64,000 nucleotides of DNA from an uncultured Gammaproteobacteria bacterium (GTDB lineage: Bacteria; Patescibacteriota; Patescibacteriia; Magasanikbacterales; GWA2-37-8). A program made the position numbers and the translations under genes. Location: positions 79,595 to 143,594 of the forward strand of contig CAZBWU010000002.1 of NCBI GenBank assembly GCA_964496095.1, in the 5' to 3' direction. Of the stretch, positions 9,184 through 19,115 are shown piece after piece; the stretch's first letter is position 1, and every line of letters begins with the position of its first letter. The notes under the pieces are model-generated. The model searched no databases and was not told the DNA's origin. It worked only from the letters and a program-made list of their open reading frames with translations.

Positions 9184-10989
9184 TTATTTTTCTAAGCTCA
9201 TTATCTCTTGTATAATCTGTTTAACCGCTTCCGGATCCTGACTACTCTCAGCCTGCTTTAATTTTATACTAAGTTCCTGTCGTCTATTTTTTTGCCAATC
9301 TGACTTTATACCTTCAAATAAAATTTGAGCTTCTTTGTCTGCTTCCTTCAAATCAAACCCACTATAATCTTTATCCAACTTGAGCAATAAAATATCTACC
9401 AAAGTTTGCTCTTCTTTGGACAAGTCATGTTTGATAGCGTTCAAATCAATAGTGCCATTATAATGTTTTTTTAGGGATTCGTAAAGACCAGCGAACTGAT
9501 TCTGAGCAAAAAACTCAGGCCGCAACTTGAGGGCATACTGCGAAAACAAACTTGGAAATTTGAGAAGTAAGGTGAGGAAATTTTCAACCAACAAGACAAA
9601 CTTGGTATTTTCTGTCCACTCTTCTTTTTTTATTACTTTTACACCTTGATTATTCTGTTTGACATCAGAGAAATTTTTTGGTTGAGCAGTCTGAATTCTT
9701 GTCATTTCTTGGGACAAAGTAATTTGCTCCACACCCAATTCATAAGACAATTTTTTTAGCCAATGTTCCCGCTCTACCGCATATGGCAACCGAATAATTT
9801 CGGCCAAGAGCGTATCAGAAACTTTTTGTTTTTGCTTGGGATCATTTTTATTTATCCCGGTAAGTGCACTTGTAAAATACCAATCCATTACTTCTCGCGC
9901 TTCAGCTACAGCTTTAAACCAAACAGCTTTATCTTTTTTAATACATTCATCGGCATCTTTGCCAGCGCCTACAGGAATCTGAATAATCTTTATACTCATC
10001 CCCTGCTCCAGCGCCAAATCAATCCCGCGCTTAGCTGCATTTTGGCCAGCCGCGTCAGCATCAAAGGCAATCGCAATATTGTTTGAATATCTTTTTAATA
10101 ATTTTACTTGCTCAAAAGTCAGAGCTGTACCAGAAGAAGCCACCACATTTTTCATTCCTGCCTGATGACAGGCAATCACATCCATTTGGCCTTCCACCAG
10201 CACTGTAAAATCTTTGGATTTGATTTCTATCTTGGCTTTATTCAAGCCATACAACACTCTTGATTTATCAAAAACTAAAGTCTGAGGAGTATTAACATAT
10301 TTACCGCCTGACTTTTCGGTTTCTACCAGCACCCGACCGGTAAAGCCGACAACATTGCCATGCACGTCCCAAATAGGAAACATGATCCGACCACGGAAAC
10401 GATCATAAAAACTATTGCCACCTTCTTTTTTTATAGTGAGGCCAGAAGCCAATAAATCGTCTACGCTATTTCCTTTTTGCAATAAATACTTGGTCAACAA
10501 ATCCCACTGCTCAGGAATAAAACCAACTTGCCAATCAACAATTGTTTCTTGAGATAATTGTCTTCTCTGCAAATAGTCTCTCGCACCTTGGGCGGCCGGC
10601 ATATCCAACAAAAAATGATGAAAAAAATATACCGCCTTATTGTTAATTTCGACAATTCTGTTTTTCTGGCTTTTATTGACCTCACCGGCATAATCATCAA
10701 GTTTGACTCCAGCGCGATTGGCCAAAATTTTGAGAGCTTCGGAAAAATCTATACCTTCCATCTCCTGCAAGAAAGAAAAGACATCCCCGCCTTTGGCACA
10801 ACCAAAACAGTGCCAAAATTGCTTTTCAGGCTGAACCATAAACGAAGGCGATTTTTCGTTATGGAAAGGACAGTTGGCTTTGTAGTTAATGCCTGCCTTT
10901 TTGAGGCGGACGTATTCGCCGATTATCTGCACAATGTCCAATCTGTCTTTGATGGCTTGGGTATCGGTCATATCATAGTATCTATACAA
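9184..10989 (-). CDS. dnaG: DNA primase DnaG
   Basis: Zinc ribbon 'CPFHNEKSPSFMV...HCFGC' and a Toprim region 'VLVEGQMDVIA'. Sits in the classic macromolecular-synthesis operon position upstream of rpoD. Confidence 0.9.
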   Translation of the reverse strand: MYRYYDMTDTQAIKDRLDIVQIIGEYVRLKKAGINYKANCPFHNEKSPSFMVQPEKQFWHCFGCAKGGDVFSFLQEMEGIDFSEALKILANRAGVKLDDYAGEVNKSQKNRIVEINNKAVYFFHHFLLDMPAAQGARDYLQRRQLSQETIVDWQVGFIPEQWDLLTKYLLQKGNSVDDLLASGLTIKKEGGNSFYDRFRGRIMFPIWDVHGNVVGFTGRVLVETEKSGGKYVNTPQTLVFDKSRVLYGLNKAKIEIKSKDFTVLVEGQMDVIACHQAGMKNVVASSGTALTFEQVKLLKRYSNNIAIAFDADAAGQNAAKRGIDLALEQGMSIKIIQIPVGAGKDADECIKKDKAVWFKAVAEAREVMDWYFTSALTGINKNDPKQKQKVSDTLLAEIIRLPYAVEREHWLKKLSYELGVEQITLSQEMTRIQTAQPKNFSDVKQNNQGVKVIKKEEWTENTKFVLLVENFLTLLLKFPSLFSQYALKLRPEFFAQNQFAGLYESLKKHYNGTIDLNAIKHDLSKEEQTLVDILLLKLDKDYSGFDLKEADKEAQILFEGIKSDWQKNRRQELSIKLKQAESSQDPEAVKQIIQEIMSLEK

Positions 10990-11027
10990 AAATACTACCT
11001 TAAAATAGACAGGATGGGAAGACTGGG

Positions 11028-12287
11028 CTATTCCCTTCTCAAAGCTTCAATTGGATTTAGTCTAGCCGCTTTGCGCGCTGGATAAAGCCCAAAGATAATA
11101 CCAATAAAAGCGGAGAAGCCGACTGATAAAAATATTGAATAAATTGGAATACTATAAACCCAATTAAAATTGTTGGCTATAGCCACAAAATAAACTAACA
11201 AGGCCAAAATCGCGCCCAGCACTACCCCAACTACCCCGCCGATAAATGTCAGCAACACCGACTCCATCAAAAATTGCGACAAAATATCTTCATTTTTTGC
11301 GCCCAAAGCTTTGCGTAGACCGATTTCAAAAACTCTTTCCAAAACCGAAACATACATAATATTCATAATTCCCACACCACCCACGATAAGCGAAATACAA
11401 ACTAGCGCTACAAGTAAAAAAGTAATTCCACTGACCACACTTCCCAAAATAGAAGTTGCTTCGGCCATTGTGTTGATAGCAAAATCATCTTTAGCTGAAT
11501 CTTCTATATCATGGTTAGCGCGAATGGTTTCCTCCAAATCCTGGACAGTCTGTTTGGAAATACTAGTATCTTTCATTTTAGCAATAATATTTCGAACATA
11601 ATCTATTCCCAAAATTCTTTTCTGCATTGTTTTGGTTGGTAAAATTATAACATTATCCATATCCATACCAAAAGTTGCGCCCCGTTTCACCGCTGTACCC
11701 AAAACTCTAAACGGCTTACCTTTTAAATAAATAGTTTTGCCCACGGCCGTATCATCGCCAAATAATTTATCTTTTACGGTCGGACCAAGCACAACCACTT
11801 GTGAGAGCGAATCCTCTTCTTCTTTGGTATACATTCTGCCCTCAGATAGAGAAAATTTTTCTACCTCAGGCATCATGTAGCCCTGGCCAAGCAAAGTAAT
11901 TGTTTTTATCTGCCCTTGATACGAAGCTACCGCCTGACCAATAACCCAACCATAAGCGGCGGAAATATTTGGGTGTTTGGATACATCAACAATGTCTTTA
12001 TTTTTTAAAGTAGTAATAGTTACTCCTGAAGATTGTCCAACAGCATTATCCGTGCCAGAACTCTTAGTACTTGGAATTTTGACTTCAATACTGATAGTAT
12101 CTGAACCAAAAATCTCAAGTTGACTCATAATAAATTTATCAAGCCCCCGACCCGCTGCTAAAATAGTAATCACAACCGCCACCCCAATACTAATCCCCAG
12201 GATCGTCAAAACAGACCTAGTTTTTTGTGCTAGCAAAGATCTTCCAGCCAATTTTAAATTCAAACCTAGATTTTGAAAACTACTCAT
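11028..12287 (-). CDS. ABC transporter permease (MacB/FtsX-like: periplasmic domain plus 4 TM)
   Basis: 419 aa. MacB-type periplasmic core followed by an FtsX domain. The C-terminal 'NPIEALRRE' is typical of the family. Confidence 0.8.
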   Translation of the reverse strand: MSSFQNLGLNLKLAGRSLLAQKTRSVLTILGISIGVAVVITILAAGRGLDKFIMSQLEIFGSDTISIEVKIPSTKSSGTDNAVGQSSGVTITTLKNKDIVDVSKHPNISAAYGWVIGQAVASYQGQIKTITLLGQGYMMPEVEKFSLSEGRMYTKEEEDSLSQVVVLGPTVKDKLFGDDTAVGKTIYLKGKPFRVLGTAVKRGATFGMDMDNVIILPTKTMQKRILGIDYVRNIIAKMKDTSISKQTVQDLEETIRANHDIEDSAKDDFAINTMAEATSILGSVVSGITFLLVALVCISLIVGGVGIMNIMYVSVLERVFEIGLRKALGAKNEDILSQFLMESVLLTFIGGVVGVVLGAILALLVYFVAIANNFNWVYSIPIYSIFLSVGFSAFIGIIFGLYPARKAARLNPIEALRRE

Positions 12288-12313
12288 AACTGTTTAATAA
12301 ATTACGAAACAAC

Positions 12314-12438
12314 TGTCATCCCGAGCACCCTAAAGGGTATAAACTCCGTCGAGGGACCCCTTATACTTCGTTATTGCAAAAACAATGTTTAGGGGATTCC
12401 TCCACTCAGTCGTAAAAACTCCTTCGGTCGGAATGACA
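12314..12438. repeat. GC-rich MITE/REP-like element with terminal inverted repeats tgtcatcccgagc / cggaatgaca
   Basis: TIRs at 12314-12326 and 12429-12438. Internal palindromes include accctaaagggt. The element is GC-rich against AT-rich flanks and sits between the two permease genes. Confidence 0.6.
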
Positions 12439-12448
12439 ACTACAAACT

Positions 12449-13687
12449 TTATTCGTATCTTAGCGCTTCTATTGGATTTAATTTACTAGCTCTTTTTGCC
12501 GGTACCAAACCAAACACCAAACCAATTCCAACACCCACTACACAAGCGACCAAAATAGATGACAAGGACACAACTATTTCCCAGCTATAACCCTGGCCCT
12601 GGGCAATTTTTCCAGCCACAAAAGAAATCACAATACCAAGTATGATTCCCAACAAGGCTCCCAAAAAAGTAATCATAACTGCTTCAATCAAAAACTGTAA
12701 AGTAATATCCATATTGGTTGCGCCCAATGCTTTGCGCAAACCAACTTCTCTCGTTCTCTCTTGCACCGCCGCCAGCATGATATTCATAATCCCGATTCCA
12801 CCCACCACCAATGATATAGCAGCGATAGATGATAAAAATATTTTTAGAGCGTTAGTAATATTGGTAAGCGCGTCAAGACCTTGCGCCGTAGTACGCACTG
12901 AAAAATCATCCTCTTCAGGATTAGTTATATCGTGCTGTTCTCGAAGTATTTGTTTAATATAATCAACGCTTTTTGCAACATTTTCCGCCTTGTCAATCTT
13001 AAGTCGCGCAAAACTAACATAATCTATGCCCAATAATAATTTTTGCGCTGTAGAAAATGGAATATAAATTTGATTATCTTGATTTTGAAAACCACTACTC
13101 CCTCTTTCGGTCATCACTCCAATTATAGTAAAAGTGATTTTTTTAATTTTTATTTGCTTGCCTATTGGATCAGTGTCTCTAAACAACTCCTTAACTACTT
13201 GACTACCCAAAACCGCCACCTTGCCTAAATTTTTATCTTCTTCTTCAGAAAAAAATCTACCCAACTCTACTTTTGTATCTTCTACATCAGGTAACTGCGA
13301 CGAAACACCGACAAAACTAGTGTCAGTTTTATTTTCTTCCCAACTTATAGTATCTACGCCTTTGACATAGGGCGTGGCTGCGACAATATTTGAATAATCA
13401 GAATCTGTGAGCGCTTTAATATCGGCTTGTTTGAGAGTAGTCACCACAATCCCCATCGCCGAAGCGGGCGGGCCGTTGTCTTCTGATTTGCCTGGTAAAA
13501 TGCCAACCAGATTGGAACCAAGACTAGTTACCTGATTGAGAATCAAACTCTGCGCGCCGGCGCCGACTGACATCACCACAATCACAGACATAATACCAAT
13601 CACAATTCCAAGCATGGTCAAAAAAGACCGTACTTTATTTCGGCCCACAATTTTCCAAACACTATTTACTTCTTCTAAAATATTCAT
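12449..13687 (-). CDS. ABC transporter permease (MacB/FtsX-like), second paralog; start trimmed
   Basis: The ORF track extends to 13834, but its first 49 aa ('...IPALAGMTITPAGILRFAQNDKF') are a translation of the palindromic repeat element. The likely start is Met 'MNILEEVNSVWKIVGRNK' at 13687, immediately downstream of the element. The C-terminus again ends 'NPIEALRYE'. Confidence 0.7.
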   Translation of the reverse strand: MNILEEVNSVWKIVGRNKVRSFLTMLGIVIGIMSVIVVMSVGAGAQSLILNQVTSLGSNLVGILPGKSEDNGPPASAMGIVVTTLKQADIKALTDSDYSNIVAATPYVKGVDTISWEENKTDTSFVGVSSQLPDVEDTKVELGRFFSEEEDKNLGKVAVLGSQVVKELFRDTDPIGKQIKIKKITFTIIGVMTERGSSGFQNQDNQIYIPFSTAQKLLLGIDYVSFARLKIDKAENVAKSVDYIKQILREQHDITNPEEDDFSVRTTAQGLDALTNITNALKIFLSSIAAISLVVGGIGIMNIMLAAVQERTREVGLRKALGATNMDITLQFLIEAVMITFLGALLGIILGIVISFVAGKIAQGQGYSWEIVVSLSSILVACVVGVGIGLVFGLVPAKRASKLNPIEALRYE

Positions 13688-13695
13688 ACAAAATT

Positions 13696-13808
13696 TGTCA
13701 TTCTGAGCAAAGCGAAGAATCCCTGCCGGTGTAATTGTCATTCCCGCCAAAGCGGGAATCCAGACAATTCGACCGGACACTAGATTCCGAATCAAGTTCA
13801 GAATGACA
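13696..13808. repeat. GC-rich MITE/REP-like element with TIRs tgtcattctgagc / gttcagaatgaca and a nested hairpin gtcattcccgccaaagcgggaatcc
   Basis: 13-bp terminal inverted repeats at 13696-13708 and 13796-13808. A nested 37-bp palindrome spans 13733-13769. A ccctttaggggg hairpin follows at 13843-13857. Confidence 0.65.
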
Positions 13809-13877
13809 GTAAACGATCGATAGTAATCGTCCACGGAATTTATCCCCTTTAGGGGGTTCCGGATAGCAACTAAAAAA

Positions 13878-14615
13878 TTATTTCTTCAACTCGTCGGTAT
13901 CTTTAGCTATCAATCGATTTAATACTGGCACATCTTCAACTATCAAACCATCTTTGACACGTAAAATTCTTTTGGCATGATCGGCAGTGTACTTTTCATG
14001 AGTAACCAAAATAATAGTATGCCCTTGCTCATTAAGGTTCTGCAAAATACGCATTACCTGCAAACCTGACTTAGAATCAAGGTTACCAGTTGGTTCGTCT
14101 GCAAAAATGACTGACGGGTTATTTACTAGCGACCTGGCGATAGCCACACGCTGTTTTTCTCCACCAGACAATTGATTGGAAAAAAATTCCAGTCTATGAC
14201 CCAAGCCAACAGAAACAAGCGCCTCTTTGGCCTTGGCTAACATTTCTGATTTTTCCATTTTTATATAGGTCAAAGGCAACATTACATTTTCCATCACGGT
14301 TGTGCGAGGTAATAAATTGAATGCCTGAAAAATAAAACCCACTTCTTGGCTACGCATTTTTGCTAATTGATCATCTGTCAGAGCGCTCACATCTTTGCCT
14401 CCAAAAATATACAAACCAGAAGTAAGCTTATCCAAAAAACCAAGAATATGCATTAATGTTGATTTACCTGAGCCGGATGGTCCCATAATAGCCACAAACT
14501 CCCCCTTTTCAATCGAAAAATTAATACCATGCAAAACAGAAGTGACAACTCCTTCACTCTCGTAATTCTTCATTAAATTTTTAATTTCAATCAGAGACAT
14601 AATCTTATTTAACAC
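13878..14615 (-). CDS. ABC transporter ATP-binding protein (MacB/LolD-type)
   Basis: Walker A 'GPSGSGKST', signature 'LSGGEKQRVAIARSL', Walker B '[11 protein letters not shown]'. Confidence 0.9.
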   Translation of the reverse strand: MLNKIMSLIEIKNLMKNYESEGVVTSVLHGINFSIEKGEFVAIMGPSGSGKSTLMHILGFLDKLTSGLYIFGGKDVSALTDDQLAKMRSQEVGFIFQAFNLLPRTTVMENVMLPLTYIKMEKSEMLAKAKEALVSVGLGHRLEFFSNQLSGGEKQRVAIARSLVNNPSVIFADEPTGNLDSKSGLQVMRILQNLNEQGHTIILVTHEKYTADHAKRILRVKDGLIVEDVPVLNRLIAKDTDELKK

Positions 14616-16164
14616 TTACGATAACATCTTCACCCTCGCTAAGACCGTCTAAAATCTCAACTTTACCACTGTCAGCCCTCATTCCAAGCTTAACCATCTT
14701 GTCTACAGCTTGGCCATTTTCAAGAACTTTTACATATCTACCATCATCATTGGTATGAATAGTGCGAAGCGGCACAAACAAAGTTCCGGCGCGAGAATCA
14801 GTGCTAATTTTCAAATTAGCAGTCATGCCAGGTTTGATATCTTTATCAGAATCATTAATAGTGATTGTCACTTTATAATAAACCACATCTTGAATATCGG
14901 TTGAACCTGGTTGGATATTAATAACTTTACCGGTAAATTTAGTTTCATCACCAAAGGCGTCGAGCGTGATTACAACCTCGTCATCCATTTTTAATTTAGA
15001 AATATCCGTCTCGGAAATATCGACTTTAACTTCATAGTGAGGCACAAACATCCTTATCATTTCTTCGTTGGAAGAAATAAACTCACCTACTTTTTTACTA
15101 ATAGAAGTCACCACTCCACTAATCGGCGCTCTAATAATCGCTTTATTGCGACTCGCCACAGCTTGATACAAGGCAGCTCGGTAAGCAGCCACATCGACAT
15201 CACGCACCGGATTTATTTTGTTGTTATAATTAGCTAGAGCTTGTTTGTACTGAGCTTCTTTTATCTTTAGAGACACTCTCGCATCAGCGATTGCTTGTTT
15301 CGCATTAGTCAAAGCTACGAGCTGAGCGTTAACTGAGGTTCTGGTAGCATCAATAGTAGTTTTTTTCGTGGCTAAAGTAGTTTGCGTAAAATTAATACCA
15401 GTAATAGAGGTATTTAAAACTTCTCCAACGGAAATAAGCAACTGATTCATCTGTGTATAAGTTTCGACGGCGCCAATCAAAGCAGAATCAATTTCAGACT
15501 CAGAAGAAATACTAGTTAGCGGTGTAATTCTACTCTTAATTTGCCCAACTAACGCTTTTATAACTACATACTGAGAATTCGCCACATTTAGTTTATTTGA
15601 ATCAGAGGCTGATAAAGAACCTTGAAAATCGTCATTCACACTTGTATTATCTATACCTAAAATATTATCTGACTGCACCAAACCGTCATCTAACTTAACT
15701 AAAGAAGTTTGCAATACTGTCACAGCGTCTTCGTAAGCATTAGAAACCAAAGTACTATTTTGCAAATCAGCTTCTGCTTGATCTAAAACAGCTTTATAAT
15801 AGTCTTTTTCAGACTGCGTGCCTCCGGCTAATTTTTGATTTAAGTTGGCTTGAGCCTGAGCTACAGCCGCATTTAACTCGGCTAATTTCAAATTTGCTAA
15901 AGTTTGCCCAGCTTTTACCTTGGCACCGGCTTTAATATTAACTCCACTTATAAGACCTGGAATCTCAAATCGCAAAGACAGATCACTTTGTGATTCAACC
16001 TTACCGGTTGCTTCCACGGTTTGAGTCAGATCGCCTTTTTCGACTTTAACTGTTTCGTATTGCACTGGTTGATTCGCTTTTTTTATTCGCCCATAGACCA
16101 CCGCCCCGACTATCAAAATAATAACGGCAATAATGTAGAATTTTTTGGTTTTGAAAATGTTCAT
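14605..16164 (-). CDS. HlyD/MacA-family periplasmic adaptor (membrane fusion protein) with long coiled coil
   Basis: 519 aa. N-terminal TM, a long Ala/Gln-rich coiled-coil middle, and a C-terminal beta-barrel region. Confidence 0.8.
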   Translation of the reverse strand: MNIFKTKKFYIIAVIILIVGAVVYGRIKKANQPVQYETVKVEKGDLTQTVEATGKVESQSDLSLRFEIPGLISGVNIKAGAKVKAGQTLANLKLAELNAAVAQAQANLNQKLAGGTQSEKDYYKAVLDQAEADLQNSTLVSNAYEDAVTVLQTSLVKLDDGLVQSDNILGIDNTSVNDDFQGSLSASDSNKLNVANSQYVVIKALVGQIKSRITPLTSISSESEIDSALIGAVETYTQMNQLLISVGEVLNTSITGINFTQTTLATKKTTIDATRTSVNAQLVALTNAKQAIADARVSLKIKEAQYKQALANYNNKINPVRDVDVAAYRAALYQAVASRNKAIIRAPISGVVTSISKKVGEFISSNEEMIRMFVPHYEVKVDISETDISKLKMDDEVVITLDAFGDETKFTGKVINIQPGSTDIQDVVYYKVTITINDSDKDIKPGMTANLKISTDSRAGTLFVPLRTIHTNDDGRYVKVLENGQAVDKMVKLGMRADSGKVEILDGLSEGEDVIVSVK

Positions 16165-16199
16165 ATTCGAAATAGTTTTTGGGCAATGCCCTTAATTAA

Positions 16200-16418
16200 T
16201 TATTTTAAATTTTTACTTAAAACTGACAATAGTTCCCGCATCATCTTTTGTGGCACAAGAATTATCTTTCCAAAATGCTCCGCCACCATAAACTGATCAC
16301 CATTTTTTAATTTTAGCTTACTACGAGCTTCTTTGGGGATAACTAACTGCCCACGTTCCCCCATTACCGTCATACCATAGACATGGAAACCGCTTTTACC
16401 AAGCAAGTCTTTTGCCAT
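16200..16418 (-). CDS. AbrB/SpoVT/MazE-family DNA-binding protein (swapped-hairpin domain)
   Basis: 'GMTVMGERGQLVIPKEARSKLKLKNGDQFMV' matches the looped-hinge helix fold. The ORF track starts at a TTG that is actually the -35 hexamer. The likely ATG is at 16418 (MAKDLLGK...). Confidence 0.6.
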   Translation of the reverse strand: MAKDLLGKSGFHVYGMTVMGERGQLVIPKEARSKLKLKNGDQFMVAEHFGKIILVPQKMMRELLSVLSKNLK

Positions 16419-16452
16419 ATAATAAATATAAAAAATATGAATAATCATACTA

Positions 16453-16481
16453 ATCATACTAGAATACGGCCTTTTTGTCAA
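16453..16481 (-). promoter_or_regulatory. Consensus sigma-70 promoter TTGACA-N17-TATGAT for the AbrB-like gene and efflux operon
   Basis: Minus strand TTGACA at 16481-16476, an exact 17-nt spacer, TATGAT at 16458-16453. Confidence 0.6.
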
Positions 16482-16484
16482 AGA

Positions 16485-17999
16485 TTAATTTTTCTCCCAA
16501 TCTTTTACTTTTGCCAAATATTTATCCTTAATACTCTCAAAATATACTTTAGCCGCCTCGTAATCATTGGGGATTATACCTTCAAGAATAGCTTCTTCAA
16601 TATCTTCTTTAATTTTGCCTACAGTTGGCCCCGGTTTTAGGTTTGCTAACTGCATTATCTCATCCCCTCGTAGTGGCGACTGAAACGCCCTAAGCTTATC
16701 TTTTTCTATAACTTCTTTAATTTTTTCTTCCAAATAGTCATAATTTTTCAAACGTTTTTCTTTTTTGTGTGGATTACCGCTAGTAATATCACTTCTACCC
16801 AAAATCAATAAATCTTCTAATTCATCACCCAGATTTACTACTAGACGACGCACTGCCGAATCGGTAATGCCATCATCCATAAGACTTATCGGTTGCATAT
16901 GCCACCTGACAAGCTTTGCTAGGTAATCTGTATCATTTTTGGAAAAACGCAAACGCTTAGCAATGGCGTAAACCATTTTTTTACCCACATGTTCATGTTG
17001 ATGAAAAGTCCAGCCAATTTTTGGTAATAATTTTTTGGTAGCCGGTTTACCAATATCATGAAGCATGCCAGCAACGCGTAATAATGTTTTGTCTGATCGC
17101 TCGGCTACATTGTCTACAACTTTAAAGGTATGCAACAGATTATCTTTATGCTGGTGACCATAGACATCTTCTACTCCTTCTAGCTTGGCCACTTCTGGTA
17201 AAACCATATCTAACAAATGCGTCTGCCACATTAAAATAAGCCCTATAGATGGTCTTGAGCAAGACATTAATTTGAATAATTCTTCTTGAATTCTTTCCGC
17301 TGAGATAATTTTTAGACGCTCCCGATTTATATATACCGATTCAAGCGTTTTTGGTTCGATTGAAAAATCTAGTTGACTGGCAAAACGCACCGCGCGCATC
17401 ATGCGCAAAGGATCATCAATAAAAGTTTTGTCCGGGTCAAGCGGAGTGCGTAGTATTTTATTTTTTAAATCTATTAAGCCATCAAATGGATCAATAATTT
17501 CTTTTTTTAATTTAGCCTCGCTTGGACTAAGCGATTTAGCAAACACAGACACTGGCACTGCCATTGCATTGACTGTAAAATCGCGTCTAGCCAAGTCTTC
17601 TTCCAAGGTTGTTTGTTCCACCTTTGGTTTGCGCGAATTAGGTTCGTATTTTTCCGACCTCGCCCCGGCAAACTCCAAAACTATTTCTTCATTATCTTCG
17701 CTTTCACTATGAACTGATAACTGTGAACCTGCCTGTCCGGCAGGCAGGTTGTGAACTTTTAAAATATACCTGGCTGTATCAAAATCAGGGAATTCTATCA
17801 AACTCCCCTCTTGTTTCAATTCTTCATCAAATTTCTTGGCAAACTCAAGACCGCTCCCCACCACAACAAAATCCAAATCTTTTTTTTGCACTCTACCTAA
17901 TAAAAAATCACGCACAAAACCACCCACAATATACGCAGGAACATTGGTTTTTTTTGAAACCAATTCAACTTGTTGAAATATTTTTTCCAATGAATCCAT
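16485..17999 (-). CDS. cca: CCA-adding tRNA nucleotidyltransferase (pol-beta NTase head plus HD domain)
   Basis: N-terminal 'GGFVRDFLLGR...DLDFVV' and an HD domain 'MLHDIGK'. All three tRNA genes in the window lack encoded CCA, so this enzyme is functionally required. Confidence 0.8.
   Translation of the reverse strand: MDSLEKIFQQVELVSKKTNVPAYIVGGFVRDFLLGRVQKKDLDFVVVGSGLEFAKKFDEELKQEGSLIEFPDFDTARYILKVHNLPAGQAGSQLSVHSESEDNEEIVLEFAGARSEKYEPNSRKPKVEQTTLEEDLARRDFTVNAMAVPVSVFAKSLSPSEAKLKKEIIDPFDGLIDLKNKILRTPLDPDKTFIDDPLRMMRAVRFASQLDFSIEPKTLESVYINRERLKIISAERIQEELFKLMSCSRPSIGLILMWQTHLLDMVLPEVAKLEGVEDVYGHQHKDNLLHTFKVVDNVAERSDKTLLRVAGMLHDIGKPATKKLLPKIGWTFHQHEHVGKKMVYAIAKRLRFSKNDTDYLAKLVRWHMQPISLMDDGITDSAVRRLVVNLGDELEDLLILGRSDITSGNPHKKEKRLKNYDYLEEKIKEVIEKDKLRAFQSPLRGDEIMQLANLKPGPTVGKIKEDIEEAILEGIIPNDYEAAKVYFESIKDKYLAKVKDWEKN
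17722..17756. repeat. In-frame GC-rich 25-nt hairpin (aacctgcctg-tccgg-caggcaggtt) flanked by a 7-bp direct repeat tgtgaac, inside the cca gene
   Basis: Perfect 10-bp arms at 17726-17735 and 17741-17750. Direct repeats at 17722-17728 and 17750-17756. It encodes '...NLPAGQAGS...' within an AT-rich gene. Confidence 0.5.
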
Positions 18000-18002
18000 A
18001 AT

Positions 18003-19037
18003 TTAGACCTTTCTCTTCCCTCCCACTCTTTTTTCTGCCACCTCTTCGGTAATCCATTCTTCTTTCAAAAGTTTTTTGATAGAATTTTCCATGGTTTCCA
18101 TACCTTCTTTAACCCCTGTCTGAATGGCCGATTTTATTTGACTAATTTCATTATTACGAATCAAATTCGCCACAGCCGGAGTATTAATCAAAATCTCTCT
18201 AGCCGGCACTCGACCACCGTCTTTAGAAGGCAAAAGCTGTTGAGCCACAACCCCACGCAAAACTGCAGACAACTGAATTAACACTTGTTTTTGTTTTGAG
18301 CCTTCAAATACGTCCACAATACGCTCAACCGATTCGGCAGCGCTAGAAGTATGTAGTGTAGAAAATACCAAATGGCCTGTCTCAGCAGCAGTAAGTGCCA
18401 TCGCAATAGTTTCTGGATCACGCATCTCACCTACAAAAATTATGTTTGGATCTTGACGCAGGACATACTTGAGCGCGCTCGCAAAAGAATTGGTATCAGC
18501 TCCGACTTCGCGCTGTTCAATCAAACTTTTTTTATCTTTAAATACAAACTCGATTGGATCCTCGATAGTAATAATATGTGCCTTCCGAGTTTTGTTTATT
18601 TCTTCAATCAAGGAAGCAATGGTGGTAGTCTTTCCACAACCAGTAGGACCGGTAATCAAAACCAAACCATCAAGCAAATTTGCCATCTCAAGCAGGGCAG
18701 GCTCAAAACGCAAATCCTCAGGCGTAGGAATTTCGGCTAAAATCACACGGGCGCTCATGCCGATATTTTTTGACTGCCAATGCAAGTTTACGCGAAAACG
18801 AACCTCACCAACTTCATAGCTAATATCAAGCTCTTTTTCTTCTTCAAACTTTTTTTGCTGTTCTTTGGTAATTAATTCGTTTATTTGAGACTCCAATTCT
18901 TTATTACTTAATGGTTTATCATCAAGTTCTTTTAATTCGCCCTCTATTCTAATCATTGGCATCTCTCCTCCTACCAAATGCAAATCTGAGGCCTCTTGTT
19001 TGATAGCTTCTTTAAAGTATGACTTGATGTCTAACAT
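18003..19037 (-). CDS. pilT: Type IV pilus retraction ATPase PilT
   Basis: Walker A 'ITGPTGCGKTTT' and PilT-family motifs such as 'HLVFSTLHT'. 344 aa. Confidence 0.85.
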   Translation of the reverse strand: MLDIKSYFKEAIKQEASDLHLVGGEMPMIRIEGELKELDDKPLSNKELESQINELITKEQQKKFEEEKELDISYEVGEVRFRVNLHWQSKNIGMSARVILAEIPTPEDLRFEPALLEMANLLDGLVLITGPTGCGKTTTIASLIEEINKTRKAHIITIEDPIEFVFKDKKSLIEQREVGADTNSFASALKYVLRQDPNIIFVGEMRDPETIAMALTAAETGHLVFSTLHTSSAAESVERIVDVFEGSKQKQVLIQLSAVLRGVVAQQLLPSKDGGRVPAREILINTPAVANLIRNNEISQIKSAIQTGVKEGMETMENSIKKLLKEEWITEEVAEKRVGGKRKV

Positions 19038-19071
19038 AGATTTACAATAAAAACAATAAAATTATGCTTAA

Positions 19072-19080
19072 ATTGTAGCA
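19072..19080 (-). promoter_or_regulatory. Extended -10 element TGCTACAAT upstream of pilT
   Basis: The minus strand reads tgctacaat about 35 nt upstream of the pilT ATG. Confidence 0.3.
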
Positions 19081-19115
19081 TAAACAGGGTTTTTTGAGAA
19101 GTGTATATTTAATTG

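Noticed and set aside
13688-13834. The N-terminal 49 codons of ORF 12449..13834 (MDDYYRSF...LRFAQNDKF)
   Set aside because: The sequence is the GC-rich palindromic repeat element read in-frame. A good Met (MNILEEV...) with a hydrophobic TM segment follows immediately downstream, matching the paralogous permease start.
16200-16418. AbrB/MazE-like gene as the antitoxin of a toxin-antitoxin pair
   Set aside because: No toxin-like small ORF is adjacent. The downstream gene is the efflux adaptor, so a role as transcriptional regulator of the operon is more parsimonious.
16419-16481. The TTG-initiated N-terminal 21 codons of ORF 16200..16481
   Set aside because: The TTG is the TTGACA -35 hexamer of a perfect consensus promoter. 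The encoded peptide MTKRPYSSMISMIIHIFYIYY is a low-complexity translation of AT-rich promoter DNA.
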